Source: Ophelia neglecta
Taxonomy: Eukaryota
Direction of reading: 5' to 3'
Assembly: GCA_965285935.1 (NCBI GenBank)
Contig: OZ260662.1
Span: 50,654,001 to 50,718,000, forward strand
DNA: 64,000 bases
Shown: piece after piece, positions 51,601-64,000 of the stretch
Layout: each line of letters opens with the position of its first letter
How positions within the stretch are numbered: position 1 is the first letter of the stretch
Made by a program: the position numbers and the translations under genes
Notes under the pieces: generated by a model
Seen by the model: the letters and a program-made list of their open reading frames with translations, nothing else
Databases searched by the model: none
Told to the model about the DNA's origin: nothing

Positions 51601-54600
51601 ACTCTCAGCAATAGGAAAAAGTCATGGGAAAGTGTTTTGTATTTTATTGATCGAACAGTCAGGTAATAAACATGTTTAAAAATTATAGAGCGTATTACTA
51701 ACCGCGCCTGGTATTAATTTACCTTAAAACATGTCGGCATGGTGATGTCGTTTGGTGTACCGCCCAAAGGGGGAATATCTAGTAGGTTTTATGATTTTTA
51801 TATTCAGTTTCAGAACCTTTTGTCAATCTCGAACGAACATGCTTTTATGTCTTTAAATAATGTAAGGAAATCTCACAATAAGCACAATGTCCATAACATA
51901 CAAAAACTCATGAAAAGAGTAATGAATATTTTGTCATTCAGATTAGGACAGTATAAATATCTGCATGTAGACTTTGGGGTTGAGCTGGTTTGAAATGTTA
52001 AGCGATAGTGATTAAGTTAAACTCTCATTACTCACATGGTTCTGCGCTAAAACCGCGTAACGAGGCTTATATTCTATAATAGCAGGAATGTCTTACCACA
52101 GATTAATTTGTCTTGTTTACTTGCATGCCAAATTATAAAATCAGTTGAAAGCATTTGTTTCGATATTTTGCAATATGCACTGCTATATAAATGTAGGAAT
52201 TTAAGAAGAATATGCGGTATGAAAACTTTAATATTGTATAGTGAGACCATATAGTGATAATAATATAATAATATAATGATATTCATTGATTTCGTTGCCG
52301 TTGTCGTAATGTAAGAATCGATGATAGTAAAGTTTGCCGAAATGACAGGTTGCAATCTTGGGAGGAAAGATAATTGTTACCGAGAAGGCCTTAAACCAAA
52401 TCAAACCCGTAATGTAAGAATGTGTCTGATTATAATGAGAACGGAGATCTACAATGGGCCATTAGGCCTATACCCCAATAGTCCTATATATATGCTTAGG
52501 GCCTAGGCCTATATGTAAACATGACACAACTAAATGCGCCCTATTGGATTTGGTTACATATCATCAAACTCAGGTCCAACATCGAAATACAAAGACATCA
52601 GAGTGATATAATTTATAATAGGCCTAGGCCCTATAGGCCTACTGATATTGTTTTGCGATATAGGCCCCTAATTGCAAAATCAAGTAATTAGACAAACATC
52701 AGTGGGTCTAATGTTAAAAGATCAGACACAGGCTCAAATAATAAAAGTTTGGGTCTGAAATGAGATATTATGTGTATTCAAATAGCAAATAATGACACAT
52801 TTTGATATATTTAGTCATAATAGGACCTGTCTTATTTAAATGAATTGTAATCAGTCATTTATGTTATGTTAATAATGTTGTGTTAATCATTTAAGGCATT
52901 CCTTAAATCATTCACAGAAAAATTACTAAAGGCAGACTCTATAGATTAACTAGGAAACAATATATATAATTAATGTAACGTTAGTATTATACATCATGGA
53001 CACCAAAAAAATTATGCTTCCATCACTACGAAAAACGCCGATTCACAATAAATAATCTTGACACACACCACAACAACAGTCTTGTTCGTGTGATCAATCT
53101 AATCCTTATATTTATATATATACGGTGTAGGGATACCACGGGCGATGCGCCACTTTTTTTTTTAGTAAAAGGGATCTGTCTAAAGCAGTGGGTCTCACCT
53201 GTAGTGTTGCAAACTGAAAGAATAAGACATAATTAAAAGAAGTCTCGAGAACCAGATTTGTGAAATGCTGACGGAAAGTGAAGCATCCGGATGAATTCCT
53301 TAATAGCCAAACAAAGTTAGCTACAACGGATGTATGGCTAAAGCGGTTTAAACTAACCTCCCAGAAAATCTTCAATTGTGAGATTTATTTTTGTCTTTTC
53401 ATTCTCTAACATATCTCGTTATTGTTAGCAATATTTCAAAATATGGAGAGTATATCATTTGATAGCGTTGCCTGAGGGAACAATTGAAAGCTTTTTATTA
53501 GAATATCATAGAACCAACACATTTTCAAAGGAAGATATACAGCTGCTTGACTCATATTTCGTTAGTGGGCGCCATGGTTGGACGAGACAGAATATGTTTA
53601 GGCTGAAGACGCGATTTGTAGCCTTCATAATATATTTTTGTATATTATATATATACACAGATACTGACACGGCCCCATATCAATCCCGATTGTGTCTGCC
53701 ACTTATGGCGATCAATTTTTAATTCCCTGGTGTGGGCCTATAAGAATATTTCCTATTAAAGCCGTGGACGAAAATAAACATTTATTTGGCCCGGTAAGGT
53801 GAAATATTGCTAATACATGGATGCCGACTTAGGCTTTACACATCAATTCATACGCGCACAGACATGTAGAAAAAATTATCCTTAACATTACCATGCACAC
53901 ATATCCCAACATATAGCATGAAACAATAACCGAGCTTGTTCTGATATATACTGACATGCAGGTCGGAAGATCAGTTTTTGGGATTTCATGGTAAGAAGAA
54001 AATGTTTGTAAGTTCTGAGTCGCATACAAACTAAAATCCGACACGGAAAAAGGAAATGGTTTATTTGAAATCTCTGTGCCTGCATGCGACAAGAATGTAA
54101 ACTTGTACGCAAGTATAGCTTTATTAATTATTAGTTGATTGCGGATTTCTATCAAGGGGCCTGTAAGCCATGTTTAAAAAATACTCTTCTCCAAGATTGC
54201 TTTTTTTGTCGACAAATTATATCAAATTTACTCATCATTACTGAACATAAATTTTCATATCTTTGACTTTCTTGGTTGAACACAAAGCATTGTAAGCAGA
54301 GCTTTGTTAGTTATTAATTTGACAAATGCATTCATTATGCCTTCAATCCAATCCATATACGAAGTGACCACACACAAGTGGCTAGGCCAGATGTAGAAAT
54401 CTTTTGATGTGAGGCGCGATTGTTCCCTTTCCTTGTAGTGGCTCGGCAGAACGTGAGCCGGAATGAATGAGTGTATTTTTCACAATTGGGCAGAAATTGG
54501 CGGTCATGGTTTTAATTAATTAAGATTTGTGTGAAATAAGGCGTTAAAACATATTGAGTTAGCACGGCGTCTTCCCTAAGGGGAGGGGTGGGCCTTTCCC

Positions 54601-55099
54601 CTTGGCCCGCCTCGCCCTATTCGGATCTTTCCTTGTCTGGAGGGGGCGAACCTAGATAACAATAGGCCAGATGGACGGTGTTTAAAGGCTCGCTGTGGAA
54701 GCCTTGAGAACCGCAACCAGGGTAATTACTGTCTCTTGCATTCTAGACATGAAACAGGAATGAGAGGGTTGAGTCGCCGGCCAAGCTTCAGTTGAAGAGC
54801 TCCCATTATCGTTATATCTCGGCGCTATTGCCGCGCTAAATTACATGATTTGTTTTCGTATTAAGTCTTAGCAGACGACGGTGGCTGATTCTCATCAGGT
54901 AGCGGGTATGGCAGAGGTATTGGCCGTGGTCGGTCGCTGAATACGGCCTTAAGCCAGCGGCAAATTTCCCAACGGGCTGCTTCTTTCATTGCGCTGTCAT
55001 GTCTGCGCACTTCCCCCATTTATCTCCCATAATAAATTGACGGCGCCTCTTTTTGTGCCAGCCCCGCTTATAGCCTTAAAAGGTAAAGGACGAACAAAT

Positions 55100-55225
55100 T
55101 GATCTAATCGCATTAATAGACCCCCGTAATCAAATTAATTACGTGAATATGTCGTCAGAATATCAAACAACAGCCTGATAGATAGCACAGCCCTGTTCTC
55201 GGCCATTCGGCCTAATCGAATTCAT
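55100..55225. promoter_or_regulatory. Intronic cluster of paired-class homeodomain dimer (P3) sites
   Basis: TAATCGCATTA at 55105-55115, TAATCAAATTA at 55127-55137, and near-site TAATCGAATTC at 55213-55223. Confidence 0.55.
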
Positions 55226-55441
55226 TTGTAATATATTCATTAAAATTATATTCAATTTACACTGAATTCAAGCAGGAATGGCGCAAATGAATTGAACAAG
55301 CTCAGACGTAAAAGTTTGGTAAACTGCTCAATTTGAAGAAGGCTACATAAATCCAATGAGGAAGATTGCATTGTCGAGTCCTTATAAAATTAGCAAGCAT
55401 TAGGAAAATGAAATAGATGGTTCTCAATCGATCGAACTAAC

Positions 55442-55499
55442 CTTTCTGCATCTGGCTCTCCTGTTTTCTGCATTTTGCTCGCCGGTTTTGAAACCAGAC
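55442..55499 (-). CDS. SHOX: Shox homeodomain helix-3 exon, 58 nt (VWFQNRRAKCRKQESQMQK)
   Basis: Paired-like Q50 recognition helix. Pyrimidine tract with TAG acceptor, AAG|GTTAGT donor, phase 0-1. Too short for the ORF track. Confidence 0.96.
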
Positions 55500-58400
55500 C
55501 TATCCAAAAGAGAAAAATAAAAGTTGTGATTAAGATACATTAGATATATTATATTGATACTCTAACTCGATTTCCGCGGGCTAGATCCTTCGAGTAAATT
55601 GGATTTGGCCAAACCTATGTTAAAAGCTTCCCAGTAGATGAACACACTTGGCGCTCGAATCTCATTTTTCTTATTGCATTACACGCAAGTCTTTATTAAT
55701 TGTGATTCGATGATATTAGGTCGTAATTCCCTAATAAGAAAATTGCGCTATCCCTCATTCAAAATTATGTAGATTTTGCTTATATTTTTCGCCTACCATC
55801 ACATGTTAACTTGACCGATTGCAAATAGAAGGAAACTCAATTTCATTAACAAGCACAGAGAATTAAATCCTAGCCCTGGGCAAAATGAAATATAATGATA
55901 TTAACATGTTCTTAATGCCATCACCGACACAAGAGCCTTGCTAGTAAGCATCAATTCGTCATAATCAAGCTAAGAGGCTCCCGGCGTATCTTGGAGAGGC
56001 AAAGGATATTGAAAAATTCAACAATTGCTCAACTAAATAGATAATGTAATAATGTAAGGAATGGTAGTTAATAAGAAGGATTGAGTCTGTCCTCAGTGGG
56101 CGGGAAGTCCATATAGAGCTCAGGGAAAGCCATTATACACGCACAAGGCCCGCAGGGAAAACCTCGCTAAACTATTTGGTGCTCAGAGCAGCTTGTATCT
56201 ATTCTAACAAACAGAACTATAAACGATTGTTTTGCAGCAAGTTTATAATCTCATGCAATATAGTTGTTATAAATCTTATGCTGGTGAATGCAGTTTCTAT
56301 TGAAGAGAAAGCTATGATAACAATGAATATATATATATTAAAGTCAAACGTTTTAGCTTGTAAACAAAAATTAACATTGTAAGATTGGATATTTTTCAAT
56401 GGAGAGATGAAAGGCAATATTAGCTTCTTTTATTTAGCAAAATGTCCTGCCTTAAACGGTTATTGTGGGTCTGACTTCGCTGATATTCATAGCTCTGGGT
56501 CAAATTCTAGTGAAATGTGGAATCCATGTAGAGACCATGGAGCTATGAAAATGGAACCTCCCATGTCAACAGCCTGTGGTGAAAGACGAATTTGCCAAGA
56601 TTCCAACCAAACCGCTATTCATGCGGCGATATTGGCCCTATTGCCGTGCCACGCAAACTAGAATGAAAATAAACCGAGTAGTGTTATTCCTGTCAGTGAG
56701 AAATTTTATTTCCCTAACAAAAACGAGTTTAGCCCATTCCAAGAGCTTTGAAGCAGGCACCGCTCATCTTTTCCAGGCAGAATCTTGAACCCCAGAATAT
56801 GCAAAATAGACCAGGTCTCGGAGCTGCTGAAATTCTCCTCGGTAATTTTCGTAAAAACATGTTTAGCAACTATTTTCGAATGTTAAAATATTTTCAAAAA
56901 TAAAGTAGTGATCCGCATTAATAAAGCGTCATATAGTATAATTGATGCTAAGCATGTTTTAATGATAATATCCGAGGGGATTTCCACCGGCGCACGTGGC
57001 TTGGGGCCCTTTGCATTCTGGGGTTTGACATCTGTCTGGTAAACATATCTGCCTTCAAGATCTGGGAATAAAACTAGTTTTTGGAAGGAAACTAAGTGTT
57101 CACCGTTACAAGAATAATACTGATTACTTTATTGTTCCTTCTAGTTTGCGTGTACCAGCATTATATCGCCGCATCTACAGAGCATTAACCGGAATCTGAG
57201 CGAATTCGGCTTTCACCACAGGGACCAGATGGGACGTGCCATCCCCAGTCAAACAGAACGAACGGATATGACTTTAGAAACAGACCAAGAGCTATGAATC
57301 CTAGCGAGGTCTGACTCCTAGACTGACTCCATGGACCGCTTGTGTACAATACCATGCATACAGAATTATCGATTTACATTTGTATATTATGTTTTTAATC
57401 TTCAGGCCGATGTGTATTTATTGTAGACCAGAAAAATACAATTGTTGCATGGCACAAACAACCCAAAGACGGAAAGAATTGTTTGTTCTGCCTAATACAC
57501 GGTGTTATAAGGATGAATGGATGGTATTTCACCTGTGTTAAATGATGAATTGAACATATTGTAGGTATAATGGTATTATAGAAAGTGTCCGTTTTGTTGT
57601 TCTGTTCTGTATTCATATCTACTTAGCCCACTCAAAAGGCCAATAACGCCTACAAACTGGTATATAGTTTATTCAAAGAGAGACATTATTTAAAGCCTCA
57701 AGACTACTATCATGGGTTTTAATGGTTAGTTGATGCAAGTTTAATCATTTTAGAGTGCATGTGCATTGTACGTAGAACACTGCGTCTTTCAGTTGGAAAG
57801 CATAAGAAAGCTGCAGAAAATAACACGGCATTTATAGGATCAAAATTAAGTCCCCAATCTCCGGATGCAATGTTGACAATTTTAAACATGTATAAAAAAA
57901 TGAATTTGGGGCAAATAATGAATTATTTTGCGACATCTGACATTTTGATTTAGCAAAAAATGTAGAGTCCCATGGAATTTGTCTTTCTTGACAGCTTGCA
58001 GAAGCCACTTTCAAGGTTAAAAAGATCAACAAATTTCTTCAATAAACACATTTCTTATGTCAATTTTTATTTCATTTGAAATGGAAACATAAGAGGGGCA
58101 ACAGTATAGGTCTAAGCCCAGATAATAATCTCCAATTTTAATCCCACAACCGGCTTATATTGGGTAGACAAATCAAATTAAACTCTCGCGATACTACCCT
58201 TGAGTGTAATTGAATCTGATTCGATTCCAATGGATCTCCAAGCGATTGTGTTTGAAATATTTATGATATTTGTTTGACATCAAGGCTGACACCGAAGAAT
58301 ATCAAATTAATGGCGCAGAAACCGAGATTCTCTGGGGATCCATTGCCTAAATAATGCACGGTGTTTGTTTTATGGGCAGAAGCGATATGCGATCTTTTCT

Positions 58401-59405
58401 CAATAATTCCATCCACCTCCCTGTGGATTATGGAAACTATCTATAGCCCCTCTTAGGTAATATTGGCTCGGTGTTTTGATAAAAAGTATCCGGGCTATTA
58501 TGAAATTTGCTGCAAAAGGCCATCACGGTAATTAAAGAATATGACAGGCTTCATGGCAGTTTGCCGCGGGACTAGCCAGCGGCCGCATCCTCCTATGGTG
58601 ACGCACTTCCGCTGCCTACATATTCAACCCAGGCTGGCGTTGGGAGTTGCGACTTACAGGGCACCGCCCCGTAAATAATGAATGATTGATTGATATACAC
58701 AGCGACAAATTGAGCGAAATCAAATTAGTGCTAAAACGATAGCGGCTCTATATCTAATGAATTAGAGCCATTTCTGACTGAATAGCCGTCCGAGCCGAGA
58801 TGTATTTAATTCTGATTGGATTAGCACGACCAAGTATGTTACTAATATCTCAGATTAGGGGCTGGCAGCCGCGAGACGCCTCTAGCGGGCCAGAGGTGTC
58901 CCTTGTTCCCCACAGATCACTTTCCAGGGTATCTTCTTAAAACGAATTAGTCCCTAAATCAGCGCGGCAGCCGGGAGCTTCTTTGTTTCATCATATTAGA
59001 TCATTGTCGGGGAAGCTGTCTGTGGCTAGCGGTGATGTATTTAAGAGTAAATCAGTGGTGGTAGGGAGAGACCGGGGAATGGACCCTTAACCTGACGCAG
59101 AGCAACCCGCTCGGGAGCGTGCTAAACCTTCGGGAAACTAAACACAATACAGACTGCGTGTCCTTCTGAAGGCAAGGCCTACCAATTTGTGTTCGGGCCG
59201 TAGGGTAAGTCGACCGTATCTCGGACGCGATATTTGCACATATCACCAAGTTTTGAATGGGACATCTTCTATGCTAAACGGGTGATAGATGCGGCTCGTG
59301 CGAGGTATTATTTGAAATGGTTATTAAAAATCCTTCCTTTTGGCCACTTAAATAACAAAATATTTAAGAGAAGAATTTACAATATCAATGACTGAAGTTG
59401 ACCTT

Positions 59406-61783
59406 TACACGCGACCGAAAGTCGGCCATTTTGACCGAAAGTCGACATACCTGACATAAAGTCGGCCACTGAATATTAAATGCCCATGTACGTTCAAAAC
59501 GATTACGAGAGTTATAATATACAATATCAACGAGTGTTTTATAGTAAACCTGGGTCTAGGCCTATAGGCTATTAACACCTCAGTGGCCAATGACGTTTTT
59601 CAAGCTGGATAAAAGTCCCATTTAAACTACCGTTTATAATAGTTCATTGACTTGGTCAGACAGATTATTTTTCCTTTATTCAGACTTTGTATAGATAATA
59701 GGCCTAATATAGGCCTATCTATTGATGGTCAGAATCCATTAACTTAGAATTGAGTTGTGTATTTAGTATGATTTTTGTATAATGTAAGTTGTTTGATGTT
59801 GAATGTCTGTATTTGCTTAACTGAACGAAACTAAAGGACGGCTGATAAAGTGTTTTATTTAACCTAAACTTTAATACACGAAATAGTTCCTAAACTGAGT
59901 AACTTCGGAGTCTATGCAACATAATTAATCTTACTTGTGTCTGATATGTCTGTCATGATACAGGTTAAGGCCTAATCACAAATAAAAAAGTCAATATTTA
60001 TCACCCATTTAAGCATGGGGACGTCCCGTTTCTAGGGCAACTAGGCCTATAGTTCTTGTTTGACCAAATTAGCCTGTCTTGGCCTCTCTTTTTTGCCAAT
60101 GTGCCTTATAGTTCTAGGGCCAATTCTTTGCCGAGGGCAGTAACAAATTAAAGGTGTATCCTATCGGATACGATATCTTTGCCCTTCGATAGTTTCTCAA
60201 TCGTAATAAAAAGTTCTGCAAAATATAGATCAGCAAAACTAAGCAAATAATCTAGATGACTAAAGTATTTTAATCAAGAGCTTCTAACTGGCTACATTCA
60301 TGCCAAATTTTACAAAAAATAAACAGCTGAGATACAGCAATTTGAAATTTTCAAAGTCATGGCGTGACCTTGATTTTTAAAGTACATCAACCAGATTAGA
60401 TTAGTCCCAAGACCTTCTAATTGGCTGCATTCGAATTTTATAAAAATCGTTCAATAAATGGCTGAGATACAGGCATTTAAAAGTTTCAAGGTTACGATGT
60501 GACTTTGATTTTAAAAAGAGGTCAATTAGGCAATTTTGGTCAGAAGACTTTCCAACTGGCTACATTTGTGCCATATTCTATTCAAATTGTTTAATTTACG
60601 GCAGAGATATAGCCATTTGAAATTTTTTTATGTCATGGTGTGACCTTGATTTTCAAAATAGTCTATCTGGCTACATTCATGCAAAATTTACCGGAAATCC
60701 TACCATAAACGGGTGAGATACAGGCATTTGAAACTTCAAGGTCACAGTGTGACCTTGACTTTTCATAGTAGGTCAACCAGATTATTTTTATCTCAAGACC
60801 TTATCACTGGCTACATTCAGGGAACATTTTACGATAATCGTTTCATAAACAGCTTAGATATAGCCATTTCAAATTTTCAAGGTGATGGTGTGACCTTGAT
60901 TTTCCACAGTGAGTAAGCCAGATTATTTTGGACAAATGTTTTTATAACTGGCTATATTCATGCTAAATATTATGGAAATTGTTCAATAATCAGCCGAGAT
61001 ATAGCCATTTTTAATTTTCAAGGTCACGGTGTGACCTAGATTTAAAAAGTAGGTCAACCAAGAGGATATGACCTTGATCCATTGTTCTATTCTAGGTTCT
61101 CACCAAATTTCATCGAAATCGGCCACGAGATTCTTGAGATAACTTGCAAACAGATGCACAGACACACACACAGACAGACACCCTCACACAGACAGACACA
61201 AACACACATGACAAAAAACATAATTTTTGCCCCCTATGGGGCAAAGATAAATAGGTGAAAACAATAACATATATAGGCTTATAGATTAAGTATGATTTAC
61301 AATTGCCCTAACTAGACTAAAGTTAAGGCGAATGCGCCCTAGCCAGGTTTAGAATTTAAATGCCAGTGCCCTCGATGAACTAATAGATAATATTTTTTCA
61401 AGATATAAAAAGTTAAATTTTATTAAAGGGGATGGGGTTACATGAAACGTCCCATATAGGGTCAAAGTAGTAACTTGAAGTTGTTATTTGATTCACCAAT
61501 GACTTATATCCATGGTAACGGTTTTAGCCTTAACTGGCCCGTTTTGCTCGGATTTCCCCTACCTAAAACTAAGAGAGTAACCCCCCCCCCCCCCCCCCGG
61601 GGCCTACAGGCATGTCAGAATTGTATAGTGGACATATACCCATAGATTCATATGTCCCCAGTAGGGCCTAACGCATCGCGACCGAATGTCGGCCTCTGTC
61701 GAGTTTCGGTCACTGGTGGCCGAGTTTGTGTCAGGGACGGCCGACAATCGGTCTTTGGTATGCCGACTTTAGGTCTAAGTGTA
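59406..61783. mobile_element. Non-autonomous TIR DNA transposon (~2.4 kb) in the Shox intron
   Basis: ~65-bp diverged TIRs built of ACCGAAAGTCGGCC-like units (59406-59468 versus 61717-61783). Termini TACAC...GTGTA, with ACCTT repeated on both flanks. Confidence 0.65.
60145..61251 (-). mobile_element. Non-autonomous Helentron (HINE/pearl-like) element carrying a tandem array
   Basis: Sub-terminal IRs TATCTTTGCCC (60174-60184) / GGGCAAAGATA (61239-61249), a hairpin at ~61226-61245, and an (ACAG/AC)n microsatellite at ~61157-61208. It carries about six ~130-bp tandem units (~60285-61060) and a terminal stem-loop GTATCC-TATC-GGATAC at 60156-60171. Confidence 0.85.
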
Positions 61784-64000
61784 ACCTTGAACTAAAACCC
61801 TCTATCATCGTCTACCGTTGGAATATCCCACTCATTACTCTTTTATAAGATAGTAAATATAAATAAGTTTGTTTCTTTTATAATCTATAATCAGAATATA
61901 TATGAAAAATACCTCGGGCCGCCATCTGCAAAATTCGCATGTTGTGAAAATTTGTTCATATGAGCGCGCCTTCGGCGATAAACACTGACCTTTCATTGGA
62001 CCGCTAACCGCAAAAACTGTCGGGATATGATAGATTTGACGTCACTTTTTGAAAATTACCGGTCCGAATTACACGGGGGGTAGGTTGTTTACAACATAGG
62101 TGGGTTTTAGAAAGATATATTAGCGTTGAAAAATGTCCGACTTTCGGTACCGGCCGGGATTTCGGTCCACCTACCCTACAGGTCAACTAAATGTGGCCCA
62201 GGGACTGCGTTTTCAATTTTTTCACAGAAAACTAGAACCGAATATTGAATTTCGGATCTGTGTGGGCAGCTGCAAATTTCAACGTTCCCTTTAGTCTTAT
62301 TCTTTTCAAGCTCTGGCCAAATATTATGAATATTTGAGACACCCATGACACGCCTTTAACTGGATAGATATGGAAGCGACTTGTCCATCGCTTTGACACG
62401 TCCCCTATATAGATCTGCTCGCAGGATCAACTTCTAACAGTTGCCCGGATGATGGGCCATTCATCTTCCTTGGACTTGTCCGTCCATTCTCTAGCCTCTG
62501 GCCCCGGCCCTGCTATTGCCGAGTCCAATTCACACCCTTCACAGGTCTATATATAAGCCGGAAAATTTACCGCCTTCAATACTTCTTCGATCTGTCAGTG
62601 TGACTTATTGCCGATATGAGTGCTGTTGCTTGGGAGGTTTTTGCAGTGAAACACCCACATAATTCGACAATCGCTCAAGTGGTGTGATCAGGGTACAGGA
62701 ACACCGCTCACCGTACAAAGATGAATTATACACATTCTAACAAATGGACATCCGTTTTATTTGCCAGAACTACGCCACGTTGGAAATATATTGATATGAA
62801 CGTCATTAAATTGAAGTCATATCAATTACGTGGTGTAGCGCTTTGAGGGACTGATTGTGTTTGGAGTGACTTAGACCCCCCTGGAGCCCTCTACTGGCTG
62901 TAGGAGAATGGTTGAGCCTTTAAGCAGTGGCAGTGGCTCATCTTCAATGTATCTTAAAATGCGATCTTCGTAAAATGATATTTAACAACAGTAAGTGATA
63001 TATATATATGCGCTGTCGTGTGCTCTCGGTAAAAGGAAGCGTCATTTCATTTGCGCTATGACCGAACTAAACATGACCTCGAAAAACAAAATACTCAAAT
63101 ACAGCACGGGTTGCCCGAGTATACAAGTCATTGGGTCTGCCCTTAACAACTGCCCTTATCTCCGCCATACCAATAACCATTTATTCACATGGAATTGTAG
63201 CATAAGGTTCGCCTACAGGTTTTTACACACACCGTCATTTTCGAAAACTATCTTTTTCAAATGTGGTCTGAAGAATTCCAGGCCGAAACTTCATTAGAAT
63301 GTCGCTCTTTTACCTAGATACTGCCTAGGAGATACTTTTTTTGAAATATTGTCGGTAGCTACTTTCCATGTTGTTATTGTTTCTTAAATCAGAAAATTAA
63401 ATAGAAACAAAACTATGAATTTCTACCACTAAAGAAACCGGGAGGCCCTTGATCTGTACATAACCCTTCAGAGTATAAAGGTGGTTCAAGAGTCATTACA
63501 AAGTGTCCGATAATTATAGTAAATAATTTTGCTATCACCTTGTTACTTAATTAGCTAAGTCTTCAATTATTTCTTGCGGCCACAACGATGGTCTCTTTAT
63601 ATCACTAATTTTTCGACAAGAAACGCTGTGACAGAATGTTTAAATTACGGGTTTTAAAAATAGACGGCTCCACCCTTGGCACATTATGGAGCTCTCTCGC
63701 GTGCTTTGGCATTGTGAAAATTAGTTTTATGATGGGTATAGCTCTCATTTAACACATGTTTCCAAAAGGCACGCCACGGTAAGTGGATTGGTCAGGATCA
63801 AAGTCACACCAAAATGTGTTATTTGGGTCTGACTTGGTATATTTACTGCCTAATGAAAGACAGCCAGTGTCTTCAATGGAAAAATATAGTAGGCAGGCCT
63901 ACAATAAGAAGATAAAGCCTACTAATGTAGGAGATGAAGGCCTATGATAGGCCCTTGCATATATCTTAAATGATTAACTTTAGGTCAAGGAAACTGTTTG

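Noticed and set aside
60285-61060. CRISPR-like or coding tandem array
   Set aside because: The units are diverged along their whole length with no unique spacers, and they sit inside a Helentron-type element in eukaryotic DNA.
55500-64000. Shox homeodomain helix 1-2 exon
   Set aside because: No RRSRTNF or THYPDAF-coding sequence was found by eye on the minus strand. It is presumed to lie beyond the window.

Overview
AT-rich, intron-containing animal genomic DNA, most likely a marine invertebrate (inferred from the repeat families; the taxon cannot be fixed from sequence alone). Two developmental regulators lie tail-to-tail. (1) A + strand BCOR/BCORL1 pro-ortholog (PRC1.1 co-repressor) has 11-12 coding exons from about 24.7 to 37.7 kb and encodes roughly 2,350 aa. 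It contains tandem PxDLS-type motifs, the conserved ANSxGY/LYAD/RALQRA block, ankyrin repeats and a PUFD domain; a probable promoter lies at about 17.5 kb. (2) The 3' half of a - strand Shox/Shox2 homeobox gene has its helix-3 exon at 55442-55499 and its OAR exon at 48383-48696; its earlier exons were not found and presumably lie beyond the window. The rest is transposon material: CR1/L2 LINE fragments, Tc1/pogo-, hAT- and Harbinger-like MITEs, a Helentron-type element nested in a TIR element, and a tRNA-derived head. The most interesting leads are a histone H3K9-mimic peptide (KKTARKSTRG) in BCOR, a possible internal promoter for a short ankyrin+PUFD BCOR isoform, paired homeodomain P3 sites in the Shox intron, the BCOR-Shox adjacency, a frameshifted orphan ORF between the genes, and strong enrichment of the palindrome TAGGCCTA. 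Exon coordinates were derived by hand from GT-AG sites and frame continuity. Homology statements are from recalled sequences, not database searches.
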